Position numbers and translations under genes: made by a program
Source of the DNA: an uncultured Actinomycetota bacterium
GTDB taxonomy: Bacteria > Actinomycetota > Actinomycetes > JAHEKZ01
Direction of reading: 5' to 3'
Length of the DNA: 64,000 nucleotides
NCBI GenBank assembly: GCA_963829525.1
Contig: CAWHIJ010000003.1
Location: 1,696,001-1,760,000 of the forward strand
Shown: in pieces, positions 12,173 through 21,457 of the stretch
Position numbering within the stretch: the first letter of the stretch is position 1
Layout of the letters: each line of letters begins with the position of its first letter
Notes under the pieces: model-generated
The model's input: only the letters and a program-made list of their open reading frames with translations
The model's database searches: none
What the model was told of the DNA's origin: nothing

Positions 12173-12837
12173 GCGACCCTTCGGAGGTCCCTGAGGTCAC
12201 CGAGCCCCGTGAGGTCACCGATCGCGCTGGCTCGCTTCCGGTGGTCAGTCGGCATGAGCGCGTCGTCGGAGCCAAGTGGACCGTGGTCACCGATCACGTT
12301 CTGCTCGACGCAGACACCGCGGTCGACCGTGACGTTGTGGTGCATCCGGGTGCTGTCGGGGTCGTGGCGCTGGACACCGACGACCGCGTGGTGGTTCTTC
12401 GCCAGTATCGACATCCAGTCGCTGCGCACCTGTGGGAGATTCCGGCTGGGCTTCTCGATGAGCCGGGTGAGTCGCCCTGGTCGACCGCACAGCGAGAGCT
12501 TGTGGAGGAGGCCGGTCTGTTGGCTCTCAAGTGGCACACCTTGGTCGACCTGTACTCGTCGCCGGGCATGAGCAGTGAGACCGTCAGGGTCTACCTTGCC
12601 CGTGGGCTCAGTGACGTCGATCCAGCAGACCGCCCGCCGCGCACTGACGAGGAGCGTGACCTCGTGGTCGCTCGGGTGGATCTGGACGCACTGGTCCAGC
12701 GGGTCTTGGCCGGCCACATCCACAACTCGCTCGCAGTGGCGGGGTTGCTTGCGGCCGCCGAGTCCCGGCGCGGTGGGTGGGGCTCGCTGCTGCCCCCCGA
12801 GCATCCCTGGCCTGGCCCTTCCTGGGCGCTCGGATAG
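12169..12837 (+). CDS. NUDIX hydrolase (ADP-ribose pyrophosphatase-like)
   Basis: Nudix box [23 protein letters not shown]; HPGAV, RQYRHP, SPG; pyrG-NUDIX-xerD synteny. Confidence 0.92.
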
Positions 12838-12951
12838 ACTCCCTGCGCCCTCTCACCCCGAGGGGCGCGGCGGGCGGTCCACCCGGCTCAGCACGGCCAC
12901 CGCATTCAGCCGCTCACGCTGTCACAGCTGTCACAAAGGACGTTGATTTCA

Positions 12952-14067
12952 GTGAAGGTCGGCATCCCCCGCGAGGTCAAGAACCACGAGTACCGGGTAG
13001 CCATCACCCCCGCGGGTGTGCACGAGCTCACCCGCAACGACCACGAGGTCTTCATCGAGACTGATGCTGGTGTTGGCTCGTCCATCTCCAACGACGAGTT
13101 CGTTGCCGCAGGCGCATCTATCCTGCCCACCGCAGACGACGTCTGGCAGACCGGTGACCTCATCTTGAAGGTGAAGGAGCCGATCGCCGAGGAGTACCAC
13201 AGGATGCGCAAGGAGCAGGTGCTCTTCACCTACCTGCACCTGGCAGCCGGTCGTGAGTGCACCGACGCGTTGCTCTCCTCAGGCACCACCGCGATTGCTT
13301 ACGAGACTGTTGAGCTCCCCGACCGGTCGCTTCCACTGCTGGCACCGATGTCCGAGGTGGCCGGCCGAATGGGCCCCCAGGTCGGTGCTGCCACCTTGCA
13401 GCGAGCCAACGGCGGCCGCGGCACACTGCTCGGCGGGGTACCAGGCGTCAAGGCTGGCAAGGTCGTTGTCCTTGGTGGCGGTGTCTCCGGTCTCAATGCG
13501 GCACAGATCGCAGTTGGTATGGGCGCCAATGTGACGATCCTCGATATCAACGCCAAGCGCCTTGCCGAGATCGATCGCGTATACCAGGGCCGGCTCCAGA
13601 CCCTCATGTCCAGCTCCTACGCCATTGAGCAAGAGGTCGTCGAAGCCGACCTGGTGATTGGGGCGGTGCTCATCCCGGGAGCGAAGGCTCCGAAACTCGT
13701 CACCAACGACCTCGTCGCTCGGATGAAGCCTGGTGCGGTTCTGGTCGACATCGCGATCGACCAGGGTGGTTGCTTTGAGGGGTCACGCCCGACAACGCAC
13801 GCCGACCCGACGTTCAAGGTGCATGACACGGTCTTCTACTGCGTCGCCAACATGCCCGGAGCTGTTCCTCACACGTCCACCTACGCACTTACGAACGTAA
13901 CGCTGCCCTACGCGGTGCAGCTGGCCAATCTGGGGTGGCGCGAGGCTCTCAAGGGCAACGCGGCGCTTCGCCCTGGTCTGAACACCCACGAGGGCCAGAT
14001 CACCTATGCAGCGGTCGGCGAAGCATTCGGCCTGCCCACTGTCGATGTGGACGACCTGCTCGCCTGA
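12952..14067 (+). CDS. ald: Alanine dehydrogenase
   Basis: VGIPREVKNHEYRV, LFTYLHLA, PLLAPMSEVAGR, DIAIDQGGC, YCVANMPGAVP. Confidence 0.97.
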   Translation: MKVGIPREVKNHEYRVAITPAGVHELTRNDHEVFIETDAGVGSSISNDEFVAAGASILPTADDVWQTGDLILKVKEPIAEEYHRMRKEQVLFTYLHLAAGRECTDALLSSGTTAIAYETVELPDRSLPLLAPMSEVAGRMGPQVGAATLQRANGGRGTLLGGVPGVKAGKVVVLGGGVSGLNAAQIAVGMGANVTILDINAKRLAEIDRVYQGRLQTLMSSSYAIEQEVVEADLVIGAVLIPGAKAPKLVTNDLVARMKPGAVLVDIAIDQGGCFEGSRPTTHADPTFKVHDTVFYCVANMPGAVPHTSTYALTNVTLPYAVQLANLGWREALKGNAALRPGLNTHEGQITYAAVGEAFGLPTVDVDDLLA

Positions 14068-14077
14068 CGCAGTCTTC

Positions 14078-14113
14078 GTAGGAGGGCCCCCGCCGTTGCG
14101 GGGGCCCTCCTAC
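14078..14113 (+). terminator. Intrinsic terminator hairpin after ald
   Basis: Perfect 16-bp stem gtaggagggcccccgc-cgtt-gcgggggccctcctac, 10 bp after the stop codon. Confidence 0.85.
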
Positions 14114-14143
14114 ATACCAAGAGGTTCTGGCTAGGGTCGGCCT

Positions 14144-15091
14144 ATGGCAGGCAGCACCAGGGCGAGCTCGTCGGCTGCTGACGTCGCCGTCCGGCAGTAT
14201 GTGGACCACTTGGCGATTGAGCGCGGTCTGGCCCGAAACTCCCTCCTTTCCTATCGACGTGACCTCGGCCGCTATCTCGACTTCTTGGCTGAGGTCGGTG
14301 TCGTCGACGTTGACCAAATCACCGAGGGGCACGTCCTGGCGTTTCTGGGCCGGCTGCGTGAGGGCGATGTCGAGCATCAGCCGTTGGCGGCCTCGTCGGC
14401 TGCTCGCACCGTGGTGGCGGTCCGCGGGTTTCACCGATTCGCGGTGCTCGAGGACCTCGCGACCCACGACCCCGCTGCCGACGTACGGCCCCCCGCGCCG
14501 CCTCGTCGCCTGCCCAAGGCACTGACGGTGACACAGATCGAGGCGCTCTTGGCCGCAACGGGGGAGGGCCGAACCCCCAAGGAGCTCCGCGACCGAGCAT
14601 TGCTGGAACTGCTGTATGGGACGGGAGCCCGCATCTCCGAGGCGGTCGGTCTTGACATCGATGATCTGGACCGCGAATCCGGATCGCTCCGGCTGGTCGG
14701 CAAGGGGAGCAAGGAGCGGGTCGTTCCAGTCGGTAGCTACGCGTCAGGAGCGGTGGACGACTACCTGATCAGGGGGCGCCCGGTGCTATCTGAGAGGGGG
14801 ACAGGGGTGCCAGCACTCTTCGTCAACAGCCGTGGTGGGCGTCTCAGCAGGCAGAGCGCCTGGACCGTCCTGCGCTCAGCGGCTGCCAGGGCAAAGATTG
14901 CCGGTGAAGTCTCGCCACACACCCTTCGACACAGTTTCGCCACGCACCTGCTCGACGGAGGGGCAGATGTACGGGTCGTCCAAGAGCTGCTCGGTCATGC
15001 TTCCGTGACAACGACGCAGATCTACACCCTGGTCACGGTGGACACCCTGCGCGAGGTCTACGCGGCTTCGCATCCGCGGGCACGGGCCTGA
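14144..15091 (+). CDS. xerD: Site-specific tyrosine recombinase XerD
   Basis: [44 protein letters not shown]; housekeeping synteny. Confidence 0.95.
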   Translation: MAGSTRASSSAADVAVRQYVDHLAIERGLARNSLLSYRRDLGRYLDFLAEVGVVDVDQITEGHVLAFLGRLREGDVEHQPLAASSAARTVVAVRGFHRFAVLEDLATHDPAADVRPPAPPRRLPKALTVTQIEALLAATGEGRTPKELRDRALLELLYGTGARISEAVGLDIDDLDRESGSLRLVGKGSKERVVPVGSYASGAVDDYLIRGRPVLSERGTGVPALFVNSRGGRLSRQSAWTVLRSAAARAKIAGEVSPHTLRHSFATHLLDGGADVRVVQELLGHASVTTTQIYTLVTVDTLREVYAASHPRARA

Positions 15092-15205
15092 GCGCTCCCG
15101 AGCAGATCGCACCCTCAACCACGGCTCGACCTTGCCCTGGCCGACACGGTCGGCCTAGAGTGCGCAGCGACTTGTCGTGAAGTCTGTGGAGAGGTTTAGA
15201 GATCA

Positions 15206-16108
15206 GTGGTTATGTCGACTTTTGGTTCTGATTCCCCCGAACTCGCCCCTGACCAGGACGTTCCTACCGTGGTGGAGGCGATCCTTGGTCCGACCAACCG
15301 CCCGCTGCCGCACTTCCCTGAACCGCCGGTGCTCCTCGAGCACGGTCCGGGGCGCATCATCGCCATGTGCAATCAGAAGGGCGGCGTCGGTAAGACGACG
15401 ACCACGATCAACCTTGGAGCGGCGTTGGCAGAGTACGGCCGCCGGGTGCTTTTGGTCGACTTCGATCCGCAGGGCGCGCTCTCGGTCGGGCTGGGAGTCA
15501 ACCCGCACGAGCTGGACCGCACTGTCTACAACCTGCTGATGGATCGAGGGGTCGAAGCGGAGGACATCCTGCTGAAGACCAATACCGCGGGGATGGATCT
15601 GTTGCCGAGCAACATCGACCTCAGCGCCGCGGAGGTCCAGCTGGTGGGGGAGGTCGCCCGCGAGCAGACGCTCGGTCGTGAGCTGGCCACGATTTCGGCC
15701 GACTACGACTACGTCCTGATCGACTGCCAGCCTTCCCTTGGGCTTCTTGCGGTAAACGCTCTGACTGCGGCACACGGTGTGATCATTCCGCTCGAATGCG
15801 AGTTCTTCGCACTCCGCGGAGTGGCGCTGCTCATGGACACTATCTCCAAAGTCACTGAACGGCTTAACCCTGAACTAGAGCTTGATGGCATCCTGGCGAC
15901 GATGTACGACAGCCGGACCACCCACGGCCGAGAGGTGCTAGCTCGCGTGGTTGAGGCCTTCGACGACCGGGTCTTCCATACGGTGATCGCCCGAACGGTG
16001 CGCTTCCCAGAGACCACCGTCGCAGGGGAGCCCATCACCGCCTATGCCTCGAAATCCACAGGGGCTACCGCCTATCGACAGCTTGCGCGGGAGGTGCTGG
16101 CCCGATGA
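15206..16108 (+). CDS. ParA/Soj-family ATPase
   Basis: Deviant Walker A NQKGGVGKTTT, DFDPQG, IDCQPSLG; xerD-parA-scpAB synteny; start uncertain (15206/15212). Confidence 0.93.
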   Translation: MVMSTFGSDSPELAPDQDVPTVVEAILGPTNRPLPHFPEPPVLLEHGPGRIIAMCNQKGGVGKTTTTINLGAALAEYGRRVLLVDFDPQGALSVGLGVNPHELDRTVYNLLMDRGVEAEDILLKTNTAGMDLLPSNIDLSAAEVQLVGEVAREQTLGRELATISADYDYVLIDCQPSLGLLAVNALTAAHGVIIPLECEFFALRGVALLMDTISKVTERLNPELELDGILATMYDSRTTHGREVLARVVEAFDDRVFHTVIARTVRFPETTVAGEPITAYASKSTGATAYRQLAREVLAR

Positions 16109-16545
16109 GTCGCCGCGCCGCTCTCCCAGGAGCCAGCGAGCTCTTCCGCACGACCTCGTCGGCCGCCGCTCTGGCCGACGTCGTTGAGGTAAAGCCTGAG
16201 ACTCCACAGGAACAATCCCCAGCGGGGGATAAAGGCTCATCCTCTAGTGTAGATCGAGAGTTGACCAATGGCCGTCCATCGGCTGCCTCCCGGCTGAGCT
16301 CGCGCGCATCGCGCTCGGCACCGTCTGGCAGACAGCGGCACGACGAGAAGATCACCGTCTACCTGTCGTTCGACGAACTGGTCGCCCTCGATGAGGCAAA
16401 GGCCACCCTGTACCGCGATCAGGGGATCAAGGTGGACCGGGGCCGGATCGTTCGGGAAGCCGTTGCCGTGGTGGTGGCCGACCTCCAGGCCAAGGGGGAG
16501 GCCAGCATCGTGGCCCGCCGGCTGCGTGAGGGACTCGACGGCTAG
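16105..16545 (+). CDS. Small ParA-associated protein, C-terminal ribbon-helix-helix-like domain
   Basis: ATGA overlap with parA; SRRAALPGASELFR N-terminal peptide, low-complexity linker, KITVYLS…VDRGRIVREAV C-terminus. Confidence 0.75.
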   Translation: MSRRAALPGASELFRTTSSAAALADVVEVKPETPQEQSPAGDKGSSSSVDRELTNGRPSAASRLSSRASRSAPSGRQRHDEKITVYLSFDELVALDEAKATLYRDQGIKVDRGRIVREAVAVVVADLQAKGEASIVARRLREGLDG

Positions 16546-16613
16546 CGGCTCAACCTCGGCAAGCTGACCATGCCGTGCACCGCGACCCCAGGGTGCTCGG
16601 CTAGCGTTCGGCC

Positions 16614-17507
16614 GTGACCTCGACGACGACGGACCTGCCGGAACCGGCCAGCGCCGGTGGCTTCCACGTCCGACTCGCGGTCTTTGAGGGACCGTTCGAC
16701 CTGCTGCTGGGCCTCATCGCCAAGCACAAGCTCGATGTCACGGAGGTGGCACTGGGGGTCGTCACCGATGAGTTCATCGCCTACATCAAGGGCGCCGGCG
16801 AGACATGGGACCTCGAGCAGACCACCCACTTCCTAGTGGTGGCTGCCACGCTCCTGGATCTGAAGACAGCCAGACTCCTGCCGTCGGCGGAGGTGGAGGA
16901 CGAGGATGACCTTGCGCTCCTTGAGGCCAGAGACCTGTTGTTTGCCCGCCTTCTGCAGTACCGCGCCTACAAGACCGCGGCAGCTGAGCTAGCCAAGATC
17001 ATGGCCGAGGCCGGTCGTAGCTATCCGCGCGCTGTTGGCCTCGAGCCGCAGTTCGCCTCGCTGCTGCCCGAGGTGCTTCTCGGTGTAGGAGCCGATGGTC
17101 TCGCAGCGTTGGCGGCCAAGGCCCTTGCTCCCAAGCTCGTCCCGGAAGTGGCGATCGGCCACATCCACGCGCCGCCGGTCAGCGTGAAGGAACAAGCAGC
17201 GCTACTCATCGAACGGCTCCGGCGCGTCCGGACGGCCAGTTTTCGAGGGCTGGTGGGCGATGCTGCAGACACGATGACGGTCATCGCTCGGTTCCTGGCA
17301 CTCCTGGAGCTCTTTCGCGAAGGCGCCGTCGCCTTCGATCAGGTTCAGCCGCTCGCCGAGCTCACGGTGCGCTGGACGGGGACCGACGAGGGGGATCTTG
17401 ACGTCCATGACGAGTTCGACGACGAAGACGCAACACCTGGCGATCCATCCGCCGAGCAACCCAACGACCCGCAACCCAACGAACCGCAACCGAGCGAGGA
17501 AGCGTGA
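16614..17507 (+). CDS. scpA: Segregation and condensation protein A (kleisin)
   Basis: FEGPFDLLLGLI, FLVVAATLLDLK, FLALLEL. Confidence 0.95.
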   Translation: MTSTTTDLPEPASAGGFHVRLAVFEGPFDLLLGLIAKHKLDVTEVALGVVTDEFIAYIKGAGETWDLEQTTHFLVVAATLLDLKTARLLPSAEVEDEDDLALLEARDLLFARLLQYRAYKTAAAELAKIMAEAGRSYPRAVGLEPQFASLLPEVLLGVGADGLAALAAKALAPKLVPEVAIGHIHAPPVSVKEQAALLIERLRRVRTASFRGLVGDAADTMTVIARFLALLELFREGAVAFDQVQPLAELTVRWTGTDEGDLDVHDEFDDEDATPGDPSAEQPNDPQPNEPQPSEEA

Positions 17508-18151
17508 CTGACGAAACAGCAGGCGCCGACAGCGTTCTCGAGGACATCCCGCGTGAAGAGAGCGGCAAAGATCTGGCTGATGCCAGTACCGAGCCAGATG
17601 AGGTGATGATCAGCGATCTCGATCTGGGACCGGCCATCGAGGCGGTCCTGATGGTCGTCGATGAACCTGTGGAGACGGTCACCTTGGCTCAGGTGCTGCG
17701 ACGCCCGGAGGCCGATGTCGCGGCTGCGTGTGCACAACTGGCGGGGGAGTACCTCGAGCAGGGCAGAGGATTCGAGCTCCGGGAGATTGCCGGAGGATGG
17801 CGTTACTACAGCAGCCCGGTCTATGCCGAAGCCGTCCAGAACTTTGTCCTCGATGGCCAGCAGGCCCGTCTGACGCAAGCGGCACTGGAGACGTTGGCCG
17901 TTGTGGCCTACCGCCAACCGGTCTCCCGAGCTCGGATCTCGGCAGTGCGTGGGGTCAACGTCGACGGCGTCATCCGCACTCTCCTCTCCCGTGGCCTGGT
18001 CGAGGAGAGCGGCACGGACGGCGAGTCAGGTGCGCACCTGTACCGGACCACTGGCTACTTCCTGGAACGGCTGGGGGCGGCTTCGCTCGAGGATCTACCC
18101 GACTTGGCTCCGTATCTGCCGGACCTCGAGACGCTCGAGGCGGAATTGTGA
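17504..18151 (+). CDS. scpB: SMC-Scp complex subunit ScpB
   Basis: IEAVL, LTQAALETLAVVAYRQPVSR, RGVN, LYRTT…FLERLG…LP. Confidence 0.95.
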   Translation: MTDETAGADSVLEDIPREESGKDLADASTEPDEVMISDLDLGPAIEAVLMVVDEPVETVTLAQVLRRPEADVAAACAQLAGEYLEQGRGFELREIAGGWRYYSSPVYAEAVQNFVLDGQQARLTQAALETLAVVAYRQPVSRARISAVRGVNVDGVIRTLLSRGLVEESGTDGESGAHLYRTTGYFLERLGAASLEDLPDLAPYLPDLETLEAEL

Positions 18152-18915
18152 CTAAACCTCTACTAGAAGGTGATTCCAATGCAGGCATCCGTCTGCAGAA
18201 AGTGCTGGCAACCGCTGGTATCGCCAGCCGTCGTGCGGCTGAGGAGCTGATCACCGCAGGCAGGGTGAGCGTCGACGGCAAGGTGGTACGAGTTCAGGGT
18301 GTGAGGATCGACCCAACCACCGCCGTTGTCCGTGTCGATGGCGAGCGGATTCCGGTGGCTCCTGGTCAGGTCTATCTCGCACTCAACAAGCCTGAGGGGA
18401 CCGTCAGCACGATGAGTGACCCAGAGGGCCGCCCCTGTATCGGTGACATGGTCGCCGACCGCGACGAGCGCCTGTTCCACATCGGCCGACTCGACATCGC
18501 CACCGAGGGGCTCATCTTGATGACAAATGACGGTGAGGCGGCCCATCGCCTCGCCCACCCGTCGTTCGAAGTTCCCAAGCTTTATCGGGCCGTTGTTACT
18601 GGACCGGTTCCCAGGGACACCGGTCACCGGCTCAAGGCCGGTGTCGAGCTCGAGGACGGCATGGTCTCCGTTGACGACTTCCGGGTCGTCGAACAGGTCG
18701 GCAAAGAGGCCCAGATCGAGCTCACGATCCATGTCGGCCGCAACCGGGTGGTTCGGCGCCTCATGGCTGAGGTCGGCCTCCCCGTACGGCGTCTCGTACG
18801 CCTGCAGTTCGGCCCGATTCGGCTCGGACGGCTGCACCCTGGGGGAGTACGGCTGCTCTCGCAGCCTGAGCAAGGCGCGCTGCTCGATCTTATCGACATG
18901 TCACCAAGTCGCTAA
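18148..18915 (+). CDS. rluB: 23S rRNA pseudouridine synthase, RsuA/RluB family
   Basis: S4 domain RLQKVLATAGIASRR, LNKPEG, IGRLD, GRNRVVRR; GTG at 18148 overlaps scpB stop. Confidence 0.92.
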   Translation: MTKPLLEGDSNAGIRLQKVLATAGIASRRAAEELITAGRVSVDGKVVRVQGVRIDPTTAVVRVDGERIPVAPGQVYLALNKPEGTVSTMSDPEGRPCIGDMVADRDERLFHIGRLDIATEGLILMTNDGEAAHRLAHPSFEVPKLYRAVVTGPVPRDTGHRLKAGVELEDGMVSVDDFRVVEQVGKEAQIELTIHVGRNRVVRRLMAEVGLPVRRLVRLQFGPIRLGRLHPGGVRLLSQPEQGALLDLIDMSPSR

Positions 18916-19129
18916 ATCTTCCGACATGTCTCGCCACCCTACTGTCGTCCGACTTGTCGACAAAACGTTCGGTCAGGCTGACGGACAAATGTCGATCTAA
19001 TCCGTACACATCTCAGCCGGCTCGGCTTCGAGGCCCACCGCCGCAGATCTTGTCGACAAATCGCCTGCGGCTGTCGGAGCATGGGCCGGTCTCGTCCGGG
19101 CCGGTTACCGTAACTCGACATGTCGATAA
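18890..19129. repeat. Cluster of TT(A/G)TCGACA / GACATGTC motifs between rluB and aroH
   Basis: TTATCGACA 18890, GACATGTC 18895 and 18923, TTGTCGACAA 18954 and 19050, TCGACATGTCGA 19115, TGTCGATAA 19121. Confidence 0.6.
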
Positions 19130-19178
19130 GAGGTTGTGTCGGATCCTCTCTTCGTCGAGAGGCCGCTAAGGTGAACGA

Positions 19179-19538
19179 GTGATTCGAGCACTCCGCGGAG
19201 CGACCCAGCTGACAGCCGATGACCCGGTTGAGATGACCGAGGCCGTCGTCGAACTGGTGTCGGCAATCCTTGAGCGAAACCAGCTGTCTACTAACGCGCT
19301 CATCAGCGTCGTGTTCACCAGCACGCCTGACCTCAAGAGCGCGTTCCCGGCGGCCGCGGCTCGAACACTGGGTATCGGCGATGTCCCGCTGCTCTGCGCG
19401 CAGGAGCTCGACATCCATGGAGCGCTTCCGCGCGTGGTGCGTGTTTTGGCCCACGTCGAGCTCGACCGGCCGCGAAAGGACGTTGTGCACGTCTACCTCA
19501 GGGGCGCCGAGACACTTCGCCAGGACCTTGCCCAATGA
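19179..19538 (+). CDS. aroH: Chorismate mutase, AroH class
   Basis: IRALRGAT, FTSTPDL, FPAAAAR, HVYLRGA..LR.DL. Confidence 0.95.
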   Translation: MIRALRGATQLTADDPVEMTEAVVELVSAILERNQLSTNALISVVFTSTPDLKSAFPAAAARTLGIGDVPLLCAQELDIHGALPRVVRVLAHVELDRPRKDVVHVYLRGAETLRQDLAQ

Positions 19539-20629
19539 GTCGATCGCTACAGATCGTCGGGGCTGGTCTGCTCGGTACGTCCGTTGGGCTGGCCTTGGCG
19601 CGGTCGGAGTGGAGAGTGTGGATTGCCGACGCCGACCAGCGGGCCCAACGACTGGCCGGCGAGCTCGGGGCAGGGACAGCAGGGTGGTCTCCTGTCGATC
19701 CTGACGTCGTTCTGCTTTGCGTGCCACCCTCGGCGGTCTTTGAGATCATCCAGAGAGTAGAACGACTATATCCCACGTCGACAATTAGCGATGTTTCAAG
19801 TGTTAAGACTCAACCTCAAGTGAATGCCGAGAATTTGGGCTGTTCTCAGCGATTCGTGGGAGGCCACCCCATGGCGGGGCGGGAACGTTCGGGTGCGGTC
19901 GCCGCCCGAGGCGACCTCTTCGAGGCGAGGCCGTGGGTGATCTGTCCGAACGGGGTGGCAGACCCCGCACGCGTGACGGTCGTCGAGCAGCTGGCCCGCG
20001 ACTGTGGCGCCGATCCCGTTATCGTGGATGCTGAGTCGCACGACACGGCCGTCGCGCTCGTGTCACACCTGCCACAGATTGCTGCGAGTGCGGTGGCCGG
20101 ACAATTGGGCAATGCTTCGTCAACAGCGATGGCATTAGCTGGCCAGGGCCTGCGCGACACCGTGCGTATCGCCGGAAGTGACCCACGGCTATGGGTGGAT
20201 ATCTTGACCGCCAATGCTGCTGCACTAGCCCCGATGGTCAGTCGACTGGCTGCCGACCTTGGCCAAGTCGCTGAGGCTCTGGCGGCTGTGGCCGGACGTG
20301 TGACCAGCGACGATGCCGGCATTGATCGAGATGTCGATAAAACGATTGAGCGATTTCTCGATCAAGGACTGCACGGATTCGAGCAGATCCCCGGCAAGCA
20401 CGGGGCACCCGCTACGTCCTACACCGTGATTCCTGTGGTGATCCCGGATCAGCCTGGTGCGCTGGCTCATCTCTTCGCCACGGTGGCCAAAGCAGGAGCC
20501 AGCGTCGAGGACATCGCACTCGAGCACTCACCGGGCCACCCCATAGGAATTGTCGAGCTCTCGGTCCGCCCCGAGGATGCGCCGGGCCTCGTAGGGGCCC
20601 TTGCTGCGGACGGCTGGTCGTCCCACTAG
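19535..20629 (+). CDS. tyrA: Prephenate dehydrogenase with C-terminal ACT domain
   Basis: GAGLLG, DVSSVK, GGHPMAGRE, HD…SHLPQ; PDQPGAL ACT motif. Confidence 0.92.
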   Translation: MSRSLQIVGAGLLGTSVGLALARSEWRVWIADADQRAQRLAGELGAGTAGWSPVDPDVVLLCVPPSAVFEIIQRVERLYPTSTISDVSSVKTQPQVNAENLGCSQRFVGGHPMAGRERSGAVAARGDLFEARPWVICPNGVADPARVTVVEQLARDCGADPVIVDAESHDTAVALVSHLPQIAASAVAGQLGNASSTAMALAGQGLRDTVRIAGSDPRLWVDILTANAAALAPMVSRLAADLGQVAEALAAVAGRVTSDDAGIDRDVDKTIERFLDQGLHGFEQIPGKHGAPATSYTVIPVVIPDQPGALAHLFATVAKAGASVEDIALEHSPGHPIGIVELSVRPEDAPGLVGALAADGWSSH

Positions 20630-20755
20630 AGCGCCGCTCGGCTTCGGACACGACCTCGCGGGCGTCGAACCGATACCCTCGGCCGACCACATTTGGTGCC
20701 GCCCCAGGCCGGGGCCAGCTTCAGGCAGAGCGAGCAGCGACGGGAAGGAGCGATC

Positions 20756-21457
20756 ATGGTGCACGACGCCACAGGTGCGCTTGTTGCTGTCGCCGTCGAC
20801 GGACCTTCAGGTTCGGGGAAGTCGAGCACTGCACGTGGAGTGGCCTCCAGGCTGGGCTGGAACTATGTCGACACCGGCGCGATGTACCGGGCCTTGACCT
20901 GGTGGCTCATCAATGAAGGTGTCGAGGTGTCGGACGCCGCTGCTGTGGCTGCACGCGTGGGAGAACCCGCCGTCGACATCTCGGTGGATCCGGCCTCCCC
21001 TGGGGTCTTTGTAAACGGCCATGAAGTGAGCGCCGAGATTCGCGACCCACACGTCACTGCATCGGTGAGCGCGGTCAGCGCGGTTCCCGCTGTGCGAGAG
21101 AGACTCGTCGCGATCCAACGCGAAATCATGGAACGCGGCGCCGTCGTGGTTGAAGGCCGCGACATCGGCACGGTGGTGGCACCAGATGCCGCGGTCAAGA
21201 TCTTTCTCATCGCCGCTACCGAAGCTCGTGCTCAACGTCGTGCGGCGGAGTGGGCACACGATCACGGCATCACGGTGGAGACGACCGCGGCCATGCTCGA
21301 TCAGCGCGACCATCTGGACTCGACTCGCGAGTTGTCACCGCTCACCCAGGCCGATGACGCCGTGATGATCGACTCAACGTTCCTGACGCTCGCCGAGGTT
21401 GTCGACCAAGTTGTTGCGTTGGTACGAGACCGCGTCCCCAGTTTCGCAACGTCGTGA
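20756..21457 (+). CDS. cmk: Cytidylate kinase
   Basis: [23 protein letters not shown]; ATG at 20756 after GGAG. Confidence 0.96.
   Translation: MVHDATGALVAVAVDGPSGSGKSSTARGVASRLGWNYVDTGAMYRALTWWLINEGVEVSDAAAVAARVGEPAVDISVDPASPGVFVNGHEVSAEIRDPHVTASVSAVSAVPAVRERLVAIQREIMERGAVVVEGRDIGTVVAPDAAVKIFLIAATEARAQRRAAEWAHDHGITVETTAAMLDQRDHLDSTRELSPLTQADDAVMIDSTFLTLAEVVDQVVALVRDRVPSFATS

Noticed and set aside
14144-15091. Tyrosine recombinase as a possible phage or island integrase
   Set aside because: Sequence and pyrG-NUDIX-xerD-parA-scpAB context identify housekeeping XerD; it lies about 9 kb from the tRNA islet.
17454-17495. QPND/QPNE repeats in the ScpA tail and EVPEVT repeats at the NUDIX N-terminus
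   Set aside because: Ordinary low-complexity terminal extensions with no sign of function.
17728-18147. Long N-terminal extensions in the ORF track (rluB; similarly pyrG, DUF881 at 30849, fxsA, ppm1, kamD, amidohydrolase, alpha/beta hydrolase)
   Set aside because: They overlap upstream genes or lack family similarity; downstream starts with stop/start overlaps or an RBS fit the families better.
18890-19129. CRISPR array or oriC interpretation of the repeat cluster
   Set aside because: Repeats are short and irregularly spaced, there are no cas genes, and dnaA/dnaN and an AT-rich unwinding element are not adjacent.
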